A stretch of 64,000 nt of DNA from Paragordius varius (Eukaryota; Animalia; Nematomorpha): the NCBI GenBank assembly GCA_964247055.1, contig OZ176055.1:2852001-2916000 (forward strand), in the 5' to 3' direction. Positions 1 to 13,383 of this stretch are shown piece by piece. Below the pieces are notes generated by a model. It did not search any database. It was given only the letters and a program-made list of their open reading frames with translations, and had not been told where the DNA came from. Positions within the stretch are counted from its first letter, which is position 1. Every line of letters starts with the position of its first letter. The translations under genes were made by a program, and so were the position numbers.

Positions 1-992
1 TTAATTCATGTTGAATGTAAAAATCCTAAAATATAAAAAATATTGGTAAAAAATAAGTTATTTTATTAAAAGTAATATCATAATTAGAAATCTAATTTGC
101 ATAATAGTATATCCAAAAAATATTCTCCACATAAATTTTTACTAATAATTTATTGGGTTTCGAGAGTCTGGGGTGAAGGGAAGACCAAAGTTCAAAATAA
201 ACAGTAATGGAATTTTAATAAGGTTGCAAGATAATTTTTATGACTATAGTTTTTCGATAAGTAAAAAGTAATAAAGTTCATACATTTTATAAAAAAAAGA
301 AAGGATAATAAATTGAAAGAATCCAAAATTTTTATAATTTATTTATGCTGTTAAAATAAAAAAATTTCAAGAAATTTCGATTTTAGCCTTAGTCTAGACA
401 GAAAACATTTTTACCATAACAAATATATAATGTGACATAAGAAATCATATTAATAGAAATAAAAATATAAGTTGAAATCAAAAATTACCTTGTTTCATAG
501 CTGATGTCATTGGTCGTGTAGTATTGTATAATAAACACACACAAAACAATAGAATTTAAAAATTTAAATCGTAACTAACACAACCACAAATGTATTTATT
601 TAAATTATAAATAATAAAATTAAAACATAAAAACATTTATTTATTTATTATCTCATAAACATAAATTACAATAAAATATTATTTTATGTTACTTGAAACA
701 TTACAATTGTGTTACACAATAAATAAACATAAATGTGTGAGATGGGGTATATAATTATAAAAGTATATAAATATTTTTTATGGATAAGTATTAAAAGCTA
801 CTATGGTACAGTTATTGTTATCTAATAAACTAATTTAAGCAGGGGTCTCACCCCACAAAAAAAGAGGAGATAAAAGCTGATTAAAAAATGCAAAGGATAT
901 AATATAAAAAATATTTAAAGCAATGATATAGGGTTAAATGTGTATATTTAAGGTATGAGACGAATGTAAAACGCGCATTTTATTTATCTAAA

Positions 993-3900
993 TTATTCTT
1001 CGCCAGAATAACTAACATCTCCATCTCCATTCACAACCGAATCCGATTTATTGGCTGAAGGACTTTTAGCATCCATTTCAGCTCGGATTTTGGAACGTGC
1101 TTCCTTCTTAAAATCCAATTTATAGGATTGAATCTGATAAAAAAATGCATTTAAACTAAATTTTGATATAGTTAAAACCACATTTTATCATGTACAAGGT
1201 ACAGCAAAAAAATCTTTTACGCTTTAAAATCATAACCGTCACCATCTACATAAAAATGCAAAAAATTATCTTTGTTCGACGTAAAACATATTTACCTAAT
1301 CTGCCCCATTATTACATAAAATATGATAGAAAAGGATATTTTTCACAAACAGAAATGGGTCAACTCATTTAATATTCAAAAGAAAAAGTAGATGATTAAA
1401 TAAAAAAGTTTAACAAAGAAAAATACGGTTTGATATGAATTTTAGAAAATAATTTTTAAACATTTTTCATTCGTGAAAAAAATGGGCTTAAAAGCTTTTG
1501 CATAGAGTTGTAAATTTCTATTTAAAGATTGAAATCTTACATTTATTTGCCCGTAACGCATTAGCCTAACAACTAAGAAGAGATTTTTTAAAAAATATAA
1601 ATTTAGTCACCCACTTTGATTTTTATTAAGGATATTTCTATAATTAATAAGATATTGATTTATAAATTAATTTGTTAATTTTTGCAACATGATGGTATTT
1701 CTAAAAATATAAAAAATACGGATCTGTTAAACAATACAAAAAGATTTAATAATAATAAAAAAAATTTATCTAATATTTCATATGTGCAATAATTTCCAAT
1801 TAATAATAAAAACACAATCTTTTCGTTTTTTATTAACTAATTACTGTATAATTCAATACAAAATGCTAGCATCTTAATTAATGCCAATTTACAGCAAAGG
1901 GCAATATTATTGGAAATATATTTTTGCATATTCTTTCGTTTAGCCAATAATATTTCGCTTTGCTGTAAACGTTATCTGGCAAGAGTCAATGAAAAACTAA
2001 TAATTTGTTAATTTAAAACATACCTTAACTCTCCCACCAGACGGTACGTAAGCAGCATTTTCCAAACTACCAATCTTAGATTTGGCCCTGGTTTTAATCT
2101 CATTGAGAAATGCGGCTTGACTATTAAGGTTTGTGGATGGGCTCTTCACATTTGGCGCAGCATTATTTGAGTGCACCATGTTCTGTTGTTGATGGTTAGA
2201 AGATGGTGGGTTTGTAGGTAAGGAACCGACCTTGCTTTGTACATGCTTTAAATATTCCGGTTTCTATTATAGAAATTTTAAAAATTATTCTTTTGTCATT
2301 ATGCTGATTCACACATGAGTATATTTGACACAAATGAAATGTAAATATTATAAAAAAAGGGGTCTAAACAATGGAAAAGCATGAGGACTCAGCAAAAATT
2401 TACCGTGATATACCATTTACAATTCAAATTCACTCTTAAACAATTCAATTTCACCCTTGAACAATTCAAAATCATGTTGAACGATTCAAATTCACCCTTG
2501 AACAATTCAAATTCACCCTAAAAATAAATTATGAAATTTCAGTCTAATATAACCCATCATTAAAATTAAATGTATTTTTATGGCAAAGTTTAAAATATTT
2601 CAGTATTTATTACATACAAAATTTCTTTTTTTGAAAAAGGTAATAGTTAATCTAAAAAAATACATAATTTATTTAGAGTGAATTTGAATCGTTTGGAGGT
2701 GAATTTAATTGTTCAAGGGTTTTGAATTGTTCACAAGGGTGAATTGAATTAATTAAGGGTGAATTTGAACTGTTAAATGGTATATATACTTAATTAAAAA
2801 TGATTTTAGGCTTTTTTTCATATGTAAATTTAATAGTTTCTCGTGTGATTTCGATAAAATTTTATGATAACCACAATAGACGTCTAATAATCAAGATTTT
2901 TACGGTTATATAAAAATTATCTGTCGAGATTCTATTTTTTTAGGTTCCAAAAAAGAAAAATTACCGACTTTAGGAAATATATGTTTAAATATTAACTTTG
3001 TATGGAGACGAAGGTGCATGAGATTTTCCATTCATTGAAGTATGGCTAAAACTAGCGTTAAATAATGTCTTATTTGGCGTTGTTTTAGATTGGGCCGCTG
3101 ATGTTCCACCTAAAGATGTATGCGTTCTCCTAGCTGGCTGACGATTGGAAATCGCATTAGAATTATGAATTTTTTCACCTAGTAATATTCAAACAATAAT
3201 ATTATTATAAATATAAGGAACAATTGGATATTAATCAAATTATATTACAATTGGTTTTTCCTGTATAAAGATACTTAATCGAAAACTAATTGATTATATT
3301 GATTGAGTTTGAAGAGGCGTTTAAACAATAAAATATTAATATATACCGCCAAAACGATAACATTGGTTCAAGAAAGTAAAAATAATGATGTTTAAATAAA
3401 ATCATATAATTATGTCACAATAATTTTGTTTAGTTCATTAATTAAAGTTTACCCTTAACACTTCCCCCTCCATTACTTTGTTGACTTGATTGGTGATCAG
3501 GTGCTGCCGTTCCTTTTATGAGAGCCAGAGATCCACATTTGCTCTGAACGTGGCTATAATCTGCTTTTTTCCCAGACAACGGTAAAATCTAGAGAAAGGT
3601 ATCATTAAAGCAATGTAATCAAATATGATATAAAACAGGGATTTGTAAACAATGTTTTAATTGCCTAATTACACATTTTAAAAAATATTTTTATTTTTGT
3701 CAGAAAAACATGTTGTACCAAAAAGAAACAATAAAATGTTGGCAATTTCAACGTCCGTTATTAATTTTCAATGTAAAGTTTTGAAATTAAAAAAATTCAA
3801 TAACATAAATTTAATTTATAATTTTCCATAGTATATTCATATAAATTATGATTAATCTTTTAAATCTATCAAAATATAACCTTTGGAGATATTCCGCCTT

Positions 3901-4002
3901 TGAAGGTTCCCGTGCGCATAATCCCATTGTTATAATTTGAATGAACTGGGCTTTGTTTGTGACTACTCGTACGTTTACATGCTGATGGTTGTTTTCGAAC
4001 AT
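993..4002 (-). CDS. tau: Tau/MAP2/PTL-1-family microtubule-associated protein, C-terminal five exons (4002-3881, 3588-3453, 3178-2997, 2263-2024, 1133-993)
   Basis: AG/GT boundaries give a continuous frame (phases 1-0-1-0-0) ending at TAA 993-995. Translation contains DYSHVQSKCGS, KHVQSKVGS and AKSKIGSLENAAYVPSGGRVK|IQSYKLDFKKEARSKI, which match tubulin-binding repeat motifs of the Tau/MAP family. Confidence 0.85.
2413..2780. mobile_element. Foldback-like MITE whose inverted arms are built of ~22-bp subrepeats (TTCAAATTCACCCTTGAACAA)
   Basis: Ends CCATTTA(2413)...TAAATGG(2780) flanked by TA on both sides; arms 2413-2525 and 2665-2780 are reverse complements; lies in tau intron 2264-2996. Confidence 0.65.
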
Positions 4003-4827
4003 CTGTTTAGAAATAAAAAAAAGATCGGAATAAAAAGGCCTATAAGAGCTTTAGATTTATAATTTGATCAGAATCTTAAAAGGCTAAGCTCTATCTTTTT
4101 TGGAAGTTTAAAATATAGCAATATCATAAGTTAGACAAAATTTATTATCAAATATCAATAAACAATAGGTTTTAAACTCAGTGATATTTTAATATCGAGG
4201 CAGTTAGTTAATTTTAAAATTTTTAATTAATTTTTTCGGTCGGTTAATGCTTTGTTTAAATTATTTTTTAAAAAATAATATTTTACTGTTTAGCTGGCCA
4301 TTCACATGATGCACAAGTCCGTTTCTTTGACTTTGATCGTCGGATGAGATATGAAAATTATTGAGATCTATGTATGCAAAATAAATACATTTCTTATGTA
4401 GTCAATGACAACCTAATATTTAAACAAATGTTGTTATTTATTTTAATAGACTTGGATCCGTAATATATTGTTAAAGTTTGTAAAAACGCCTAATTTGGTA
4501 CGGGTTATAATAATTAATTGATACAATAAGCAAATCAAAAAGTAAAATAATGGACCCTCTTAATTTTTAGGATTCTGGCCGATATAATTTAATTTTCTAA
4601 TAAAAAATGATGAGTTCATGTTAAAAATAAAAAACGCATTAAAAGGTTTTTGTTTTATCTGGGCTTAAATATTAAAAAATATGCTAATTGAAAGTACACA
4701 ATATAAAACCCCAAAAAAATAAAACAAAGTATTGCATTATTGTTATCAGACGAAGGAAGTATAAATAAGTTATATATTGTCAAATGCAAAATTGCAGATT
4801 GTTGAAATGATAAAAATAGTTAGATAA

Positions 4828-7800
4828 TCTATATATTTATAAAAATGGAAAATGCTGGCTTTGTGATCTGGTACAGGAAAACCGGTAGACCCAATCAAAT
4901 CCAAATATCGAAAAAATATAATCATTAATGAATGCCCCGACAATAGCTTCGCCCTTTTTTTGAAATTGGCCCCCAGTTCGGACCCACCCCGTATGAAAAA
5001 CGGGTTTTTTTTGAAAACAGAAGTCCACAAAAATCGTGTCTTTGAGACAATTTTCCGGAGAAGGTGTTGGGCCATTCAATTTTAAATATGATTTTTGTTT
5101 ACTTATTTTCGATTGCGCTGAACATAGCCGAGCCACTTTTTTGATTTAGGCCCTCTTTTTACCCGCTCCCCCCGTGAAATGCCACCTTTTTCAAAAAACA
5201 AAGTCCACAAAAATAATTTTTTAAATCGATTTTTCGCCCTAGGTATGAGACCGTAAAAATTCAATAAAGATTCCACGTATTCCCTGTTAAAAGGCAAAAA
5301 TTTTAGTGTACCGTTTATTTGATGATAGCTGCTGGGTAAGGAGCTACCTGCTAAAAACTGATTTTTCATATAACTTTGTGATCTGTTTCCGGAAAACCGG
5401 TGAACCCAATCAAATCCAAACATCGAAAAAATTTAATCATTAATGAATGCCCCGACAATAGCTTCGTCCTTTTTTGGAATTAGGTCCCCAGTTTGGGCCC
5501 ATCCCGTGTGAAAAATGGGTTAAGTCAATTTTTTGGAGAACGTGTTGGACCATTCAATTTCAAATATGATTTTTGTTTACTTATTTTCGATTGCGCCGAA
5601 CATATTAATGAATGCCCCGACAATAGCTTCGCCCTTTTTTTGAAATAGGCCCCCAGTTCGGGCCCACCCCGTATGAAAAACGGGTTTTTTTGAAAACAGA
5701 AGTCCACAAAAATCGTGTCTTTGAGACAATTTTCCGGAGAACGTGTTGGACCATTCAATTTCAAATATGATTTTTGTTTACTTATTTTCGATTGCGCCGA
5801 ACATATTAATGAATGCCCCGACAATAGCTTCGCCCTTTTTTTGAAATAGGCCCCCAGTTCGGGCCCACCCCGTATGAAAAACGGGTTTTTTTGAAAACAG
5901 AAGTCCACAAAAATCGTGTCTTTGAGACAATTTTCCGGAGAACGTGTTGGGCCATTCAATTTTAAATATGATTTTTGTTTACTTATTTTCGATTGCGCTG
6001 AACATAGCCGAGCCACTTTTTTGATTTAGGCCCTCTTTTTACCCGCTCCCCCCGTGAAATGCCACCTTTTTCAAAAAACAAAGTCCACAAAAATAATTTT
6101 TTAAATCGATTTTTCGCCCTAGGTATGAGACCGTAAAAATTCAATAAAGATTCCACGTATTCCCTGTTAAAAGGCAAAAATTTTAGTCTACCGTTTATTT
6201 GATGATAGCTGCTGGGTAAGGAGCTGCCCGCTAAAAACTGATTTTTCATATAACTTTGTGATCTGTTTCCGGAAAACCGGTAGACCCAATCAAATCCAAA
6301 TATCGAAAAAATACAATCATTAATAAATGTGCCGACAATAGCTTCGCCCTTTTTTGAAATAGGCCCCCAGTTCGGGCCCACCCCGTATGAAAAACGGGTT
6401 TTTTTGAAAACAGAAGTCCACAAAAATCGTGTCTTTGAGACAATTTTCCGGAGAACGTGTTGGACCATTCAATTTCAAATATGATTTTTGTTTACTTATT
6501 TTCGATTGCGCCGAACATATTAATGAATGCCCCGACAATAGCTTCGCCCTTTTTTTGAAATAGGCCCCCAGTTCGGGCCCACCCCGTATGAAAAACGGGT
6601 TTTTTTGAAAACAGAAGTCCACAAAAATCGTGTCTTTGAGACAATTTTCCGGAGAACGTGTTGGGCCATTCAATTTTAAATATGATTTTTGTTTACTTAT
6701 TTTCGATTGCGCTGAACATAGCCGAGCCACTTTTTTGATTTAGGCCCTCTTTTTACCCGCTCCCCCCGTGAAATGCCACCTTTTTCAAAAAACAAAGTCC
6801 ACAAAAATAATTTTTTAAATCGATTTTTCGCCCTAGGTATGAGACCGTAAAAATTCAATAAAGATTCCACGTATTCCCTGTTAAAAGGCAAAAATTTTAG
6901 TCTACCGTTTATTTAATGATATGCTGGGTAAGGAGCTACCTGCTAAAAACTGATTTTTCATATAATTCCGGAAAACCAGTGAACCCAATCAAATCCAAAC
7001 ATCGAAAAAATTTAATCATTAATGAATGCCCCGACAATAGCTTCGCCCTTTTTTGGAATTAGGTCCCCAGTTTGGGCCCACCCCGTGTGAAAAATGGGTT
7101 AAGTCAATTTTTTGGAGAACGTGTTGGACCATTCAATTTCAAATATGATTTTTGTTTACTTATTTTCGATTGCGCCGAACATATTAATGAATGCCCCGAC
7201 AATAGCTTCGCCCTTTTTTTGAAATTGGCCCCCAGTTCGGGCCCACCCCGTATGAAAAACGGGTTTTTTTGAAAACAGAAGTCCACAAAAATCGTGTCTT
7301 TGAGACAATTTTCCGGAGAACGTGTTGGGCCATTCAATTTTAAATATGATTTTTGTTTACTTATTTTCGATTGCGCTGAACATAGCCGAGCCACTTTTTT
7401 GATTTAGGCCCTCTTTTTACCCGCTCCCCCCGTGAAATGCCACCTTTTTCAAAAAACAAAGTCCACAAAAATAATTTTTTAAATCGATTTTTCGCCCTAG
7501 GTATGAGACCGTAAAAATTCAATAAAGATTCCACGTATTCCCTGTTAAAAGGCAAAAATTTTAGTCTACCGTTTATTTGATGATAGCTGCTGGGTAAGGA
7601 GCTGCCCGCTAAAAACTGATTTTTCATATAACTTTGTGATCTGTTTCCGGAAAACCGGTAGACCCAATCAAATCCAAATATCGAAAAAATACCATCATTA
7701 ATAAATGTCCCGACAATAGCTTCGCCCTTTTTTGAAATAGGCCCCCAGTTCGGGCCCACCCCGTATGAAAAACGGGTTTTGAAAACAGAAGTCCACAAAA

Positions 7801-8331
7801 ATCGTGTCTTTGAGACAATTTTCCGGAGAACGTGTTGGACCATTCAATTTTAAATATGATTTTTGTTTACTTATTTTCGATTGCGCTGAACATAGCCGAG
7901 CCACTTTTTAGATTTAGGCCCTCTTTTTCCCCGCTCCCCCCGTAAAATGTCATTTTTTTTTCAAAAAAAAACAAAGTCCACAAAAATATTTTTTTGATTG
8001 TATTTTTTTGCCCACGGTATGAGACTGTAAAAATTCAAGAAGGATTTTTCGTAATGCCTGTTAAAAGGCAAAAATTTTAGTCAGGCGTTTCTTTGATGAT
8101 AGCTGCTGAGTAAGGAGTATCTATCATATGTATAGCATGTTAAAAGATATATGGATATTAAAACATTATTTATGGTAATCTATATATTTATAAAAATGGA
8201 AAATGCTGGCTTTGTGATCTGGTACAGGAAAACCGGTAGACCCATTAAAATCCAAACTTCGACCCCCCCTCTCTCCCCCAGAAGTCCGAAGGACTTCCTC
8301 GGGCTGCGTAGCAGCACGAGATTCACGCTAG
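4828..8331 (+). mobile_element. Non-autonomous Helitron-like element with internal satellite array
   Basis: A|TCTATATATTTATAAAAATGG at 4828; hairpin CTCGGGCTGC-GTA-GCAGCACGAG followed by ATTCACG-CTAG|T at 8328-8331; no TSD; internal ~200- and ~510-bp tandem subunits; second 5' terminus at 8179. Confidence 0.8.
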
Positions 8332-8654
8332 TTGGTAAATAAATTAAATGGAGGATTTAAATTAAACTAATTTGATGTATTCATAAATAGATGTAAAAAA
8401 TTGGCAAATTAAATGAATACACGTGACCCAATTTACAAAAGGTCGTAAATTCATTTTTTATCGTGAAGCAATTTCATTTACTTTATTTATATTAATTTAA
8501 TAATTTTATATAATTTAATAGAATGTCTCCCTTGTATGTAAAGAATATCGCACAAAAAGAGTCAAAACATCTTAGGAACAAGATTAGGGCTTTTCACAAC
8601 GGAATTAAGTATGTGTGTATGTATGTATACATGATAAAGATTTAAAAATTGAAC

Positions 8655-9562
8655 CTTGCTGAAGATTATTGTCACAATCTGAGGCGACATTGTTATATCC
8701 GGCATGCCGTTCATATTGAGAGCCATCATCATTATATTCTTTATCACGTTGTTGGTTATTTTGTTGTTGTTGTTCGATATACGCCGAATATTCACTATAT
8801 GGCAAAAAAACAAATCAGTTTGAAAGAATTTTTGTGCAACATAATTAAAAATTTTATTAAACTAAATAAATTTTATGTTTTCAGTTACAGTATAATTTTA
8901 GTTTAATTAAGATTCTTATATCATCTCAGGCTAACATAATATTATTAAAAAATTTAAAAATATTCGAATATTGTTTCTATGATTACAGTCATTGATAATA
9001 TTTTCATTAACCAATTGTGCAATAAAAATTTAATCGGTGCAATTTTTTTACCATATTTAAAATTAATCTCGGGCCCATATCTAGGCTTTTTTAAAAACAA
9101 AATATAAGAAAAAGAGGTATCAACAACTCTTTTAGCAATATTTTCAGGGTCGACACTGAATATATTGTAAAGAAATTACTTGCGATCATATTCATGATTC
9201 GATGCCTCCGATTGATGATATTGTGCGTTATTTACATTATCATGGTTTTCTGAATAATACTCCCGTTCATATCCACTTCCAGAATGCTCTTCATCACTGT
9301 TCATTTGATTTGTAGCCCCAACTGAGTTGTAAGCATTTGCAGTCGTAAATCCGCCACCATAATCTTGTGGAGTCTCTGTCATATTAACTGCCATTTCGAT
9401 ATCTTTCTTCGGCGTACAAACGTTCGGTGAAATTGGCAAAAAATTATCGTGATAAAGAAAATCTTCTTTTGTTAGCAAATTATTATCAGACGATATATAA
9501 TCACCAGAGGCAGCAGACGATGATTTTGGTTGATGGATTGGAGACACAGAATTTAACAAGTT
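8655..9562 (-). CDS. Tau/MAP-like gene, middle exons (9562-9180, 8794-8655)
   Basis: Exon 9562-9180 (phase 0 to 2, NLLNSVSP...EYDRN) joins 8794-8655 (phase 2 to 1, EYSAYIEQQQQ...NLQQ), which joins the phase-1 exon starting at 4002; canonical AG/GT ends; acidic/polar composition. Confidence 0.75.
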
Positions 9563-10059
9563 CTAATTTAAATATAATTTATGTAACGTTTAGAATCATA
9601 ATGTGCAAATATAAATATTTATTCTATATCTAAATAATGGTTATAAAAATCAACAACGTCAAATTATTGGTAATATTTGATTTTTGAATAATTTACAAAA
9701 AAGCAAAAAATGTCTATTGTGTTGCGTTTAGCCATAAATAATTTTTGGCATATTTATGCAAAATTAACGCTATGCAAAACAAATATTCAAATTGGTATAT
9801 AAGTGTCAAAAATTTAACATGGTAAATATAAAATATTTAATTTATAGGACAGCGACAAAAAATATCGGGGTTGATTTGCAACTGCAAAAAATGTTTTAAA
9901 ATATGGCGGTCTCAAAACCTAGTGAAAACCGTGGTAAAGATAAGCTGAATCTAATTTACCGTGATTAATAAAAATAATATTTGTTTTATATAATTTTTCC
10001 CTAATATATTTTAAAGAACTTCGGTAATTAAAAATAAAAAATTATTAGCTTTAACTTGG

Positions 10060-11150
10060 TTTGATTCTACCATCAGGAAAATAACATCTACACACGATGC
10101 AACTACGTAGAATAATCAACTCAATAGAAATGATTACTAGAAAACAAAAACTGCGTCGATTAACAGAGCTTTTGTTTTAAACGAGTCATGGCATTATCAA
10201 CGATCTATCTTAAGCCCTTTACTCTCAATATATAATGGATTTACTAAAAGATATAAAGCAAAGACGCAGACGACATCGTTCTCACCGCAACTTCAATGGT
10301 GGAATTAAACCAAGAGTACGAGACGGAAATCACACTTGGAGAAGGGTGGAATGAATATAAATTTAAACAAAACAAAGGTGTTGATAACGAACTGTATACG
10401 AACGACCTCAGCTTCCATGTGAAGTATATGATTAAGATATAAAAATTAACACAATCCTATGTACATCTTGCAATAAATGGGTACGCAAAAGTGCTCGTTT
10501 ATAAAAGGGAGATTAATCAATAATGATAAATTTATCTCGCAAAAATAAAACTGTAAATCACTCACCTACTTCCCTAATATACTACATGTCAGACGCCAAA
10601 ATTAGGTGGTTAAGAATTTGAAATAAGGTGATGTCATACATTGCTCAGGTAAAATAAACCAGACAATTTACTATAAATCGCAACAGGCTTGAGTAAAATA
10701 CCATCAACTCAAAATAGCGTTTAAAAAATATATCTGCAAAAAACAGATGCCGTATCTACGAAGCAGGCATACATACCATACTCCTCTATGGAAGCGAGAC
10801 ATGGCTGATGACAGCCGTAATCGAGAAACTGATGGATGTAAAAAGCGAATGTTAATTATTCCACCTCAAAAATTTAAACTTGCACCAATTCCGAAATTGA
10901 ACCTTTTAAATATAATGCTCAAAAGAATAAACTTAGATATTTTGGACACATATTGCTCCTGAACAAATGACAAATAAAATTTTATTCCTACATCCAGCAA
11001 CAACCGTGGGGAACCAACTTTTGGCTGGAAAATAAAAAATGACTTAAGTGTTGCTAACATTGATGCTAACGCCTGGGAGGATCGCAAATATTAGATGCAG
11101 CGTCTATACGGATACAATGGTTAGCAATTACACAAACACGAATAGAAGAC
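10060..11150 (+). mobile_element. Degenerate RTE-type non-LTR retrotransposon (reverse transcriptase relic)
   Basis: Frame-broken motifs ADDIVL (about 10266-10283), xNINLNKTK-like, and CRIYEAGIHTILLYGSETW (10748-10804), typical of the RTE-clade RT C-terminal region. Confidence 0.7.
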
Positions 11151-11487
11151 AATAACCTTTATGTTTGTCGGAAATTTAAAACAAAAAATTATAAATAAAT
11201 AGTGCTAGGTGCTAACTAAGTAGAGCAAATTTTTTTAAAATTTGGGCAAATTAAAGATGATTTTACATAACATAACTGAAAATGCCGTGGCTATTCTTGT
11301 GCAATTTTTTATTCCTTTAAGTCTAATGCGATTATACAAATACCTTGATAATTTAATTTATTTTATTCATTATCAAGGTCTCAGACAAATATATATATAT
11401 ATATATATATATGATTATATGATAGCAAAATTTTTTTCTAAAACTGAAAAAATTTCTGCTATCCTCGGCGCAAAAAATTAATATATA

Positions 11488-13383
11488 CCCTTTACAGTTA
11501 TATTCAAATTCATCTTGAACATTTCAAACCTCCAAAACAATTTAAGTTCAACCCTGAACAGTTCAATTTACCCTAATGGAAAGCCTTATAGCTTCCTATT
11601 ATTAAATTAAAGGGTAAAATATTTATTTTTTTGAAATTATTTTGCTAAATTTATAATATTGGTTATGAGAGCCTCTCGGCACCATTTGCGAGATTATGGT
11701 TGAAATAATAGCAAAAGATGATATCTGACGCTGTTATCTGTTGGTATCCGTAAATAACTATATCTTTATACATTAATTTTTATTACAGAAACAAACATAA
11801 GATTTTAGTTTGGAAAACTTGTTTTCTGTCGGATTAAGCATGTAGCTATAAACAGCCAAAAAGGAAGTATGTAGGCGTAATTACATTGAGCCCATAACAA
11901 CAATAAGGGTAGTGTTTCTTCCTTTTATGTGAAAATGACAATGGCCCTTGTTCCACGTTTAGTTCTTCCAAAATTTCTTTTTATGCCGCATTTAAAAAAC
12001 TTTTGATGTATTGCAGCAGCCAAATGTTTCGCTAAACCAAGATGCGTATTCCTTTTTTTCCTGATTGTGTCCGGATCGTTTATTTTACTTATTTCGAAAT
12101 GAGTTTATCTCATTGTTATAGAAAGAACTTAGATAATATTACAATACTGATGCAAGTTATTATTTACTAGTTGACTGGTTACAAAAGTCTTATTAAGTTG
12201 ACGGTTATTTTATGTGCGAGGTGCAATAATCATCTTTATAAAACATATTTAATTAATTCTTTTATTACCGCTTGCTTAAAATCAGACAACATTTTTTTGT
12301 ATGATAAATGATGAATTCAACAGATCAAGATTGTGGATTTTCAGTATGGAATAGCTTTTTCCAAAATTAGATGATAAAAAGAGTTATTCCATAACATGAT
12401 AAAAAATTAAAACAACATGAAGGAGGAATCAATGAAAAAATGGCTGAACGTTGGACATTCATTAAAACTAGCGATGATCTCTTAATCACTCTAAAATCGC
12501 TTTTAGAAAAAGAATGCGATTCTCCTATTTTTTGCAGCAGTATTCAAAATAGTATCAATGATCTTGCTATAACATTGAAAAAAACTCATTCCGATATAAA
12601 TAAAATAAAAGATTCGGACTCAATCAGAAAAAGAAAGGAATAAGCCATGTTTAACGAAACATTTGGTTGTAATACATCAAAAGTTGTGTTCATCGATGAG
12701 TGTGGTTTCCAGAATCCTTTCAGAAGAAAGATCTAAACGTAGATCAAGCAAGAAACATTACTCTTATCGGCATGTAATTATTTCCTTTTTGGCTGCTTAC
12801 AGCTACATGCTTAACCCAATAGAAAATGGGTTTTCCAAAGTGAAATCTTATGTTTGTTCCTTTATTAATAGTAAAAGTAAGGTAATCCTAATATAGTTAG
12901 TTAGATATCAACAGATAACAGCGTAAGATCGATTATGTCACCTATAATCTTGCAAATGTTGCGGAGGGGTGTGCTCATGCCCACCTATATTACTTTATAT
13001 ATAAATATATTAATATTTATCGCTTACATTGTTTAATTTAAATTTGTATTATAGTCCTAGAATGTTATTATATAACAAAAAAAATTTCAAATATCCCATT
13101 AAAATGATTAAACGAGTTTAACTAATCAGTAATTTTATAGGTGCATTTTCATGCAAGAAATATCTTTAATATTAAAACAAAAAATAGATGAATTTTTTTA
13201 TTAATATCATAATAAGACGTTCAAAAAGACATTTCATTGGAGTTAAATTTGAATTGGGCATATATTTATTAAAAGCTGATTGGAGATGTTAAAAGTAGTG
13301 AATTTGAAAGGTTTGAGGGTGAAATAAAATTGTTCAGTGATAAATTTGAATTGTTCAGGAGTGTAATTTTCTTATAAAAATGA
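11488..13383. mobile_element. Degenerate IS630/Tc1-like DNA transposon with foldback-type subrepeat ends
   Basis: VFIDECGF (about 12687-12710) and AYSYMLNPIENGFSKVKSY (LPxYSPxLNPIE-like, about 12794-12850) on +; homologous fragment inverted at about 11870-12110; subrepeat arms at 11488-11575 and 13240-13383 resemble the 2413-2780 MITE arms. Confidence 0.5.

Noticed and set aside
4770-8342. Many 60-163 aa ORFs (MARLCSAQSK..., MVQHVLRK..., etc.), repeated also at 37663-41943, 47520-47702 and 56319-57956
   Set aside because: They are translations of the non-coding Helitron satellite; they recur with frameshifts in several frames and show no domain signature.
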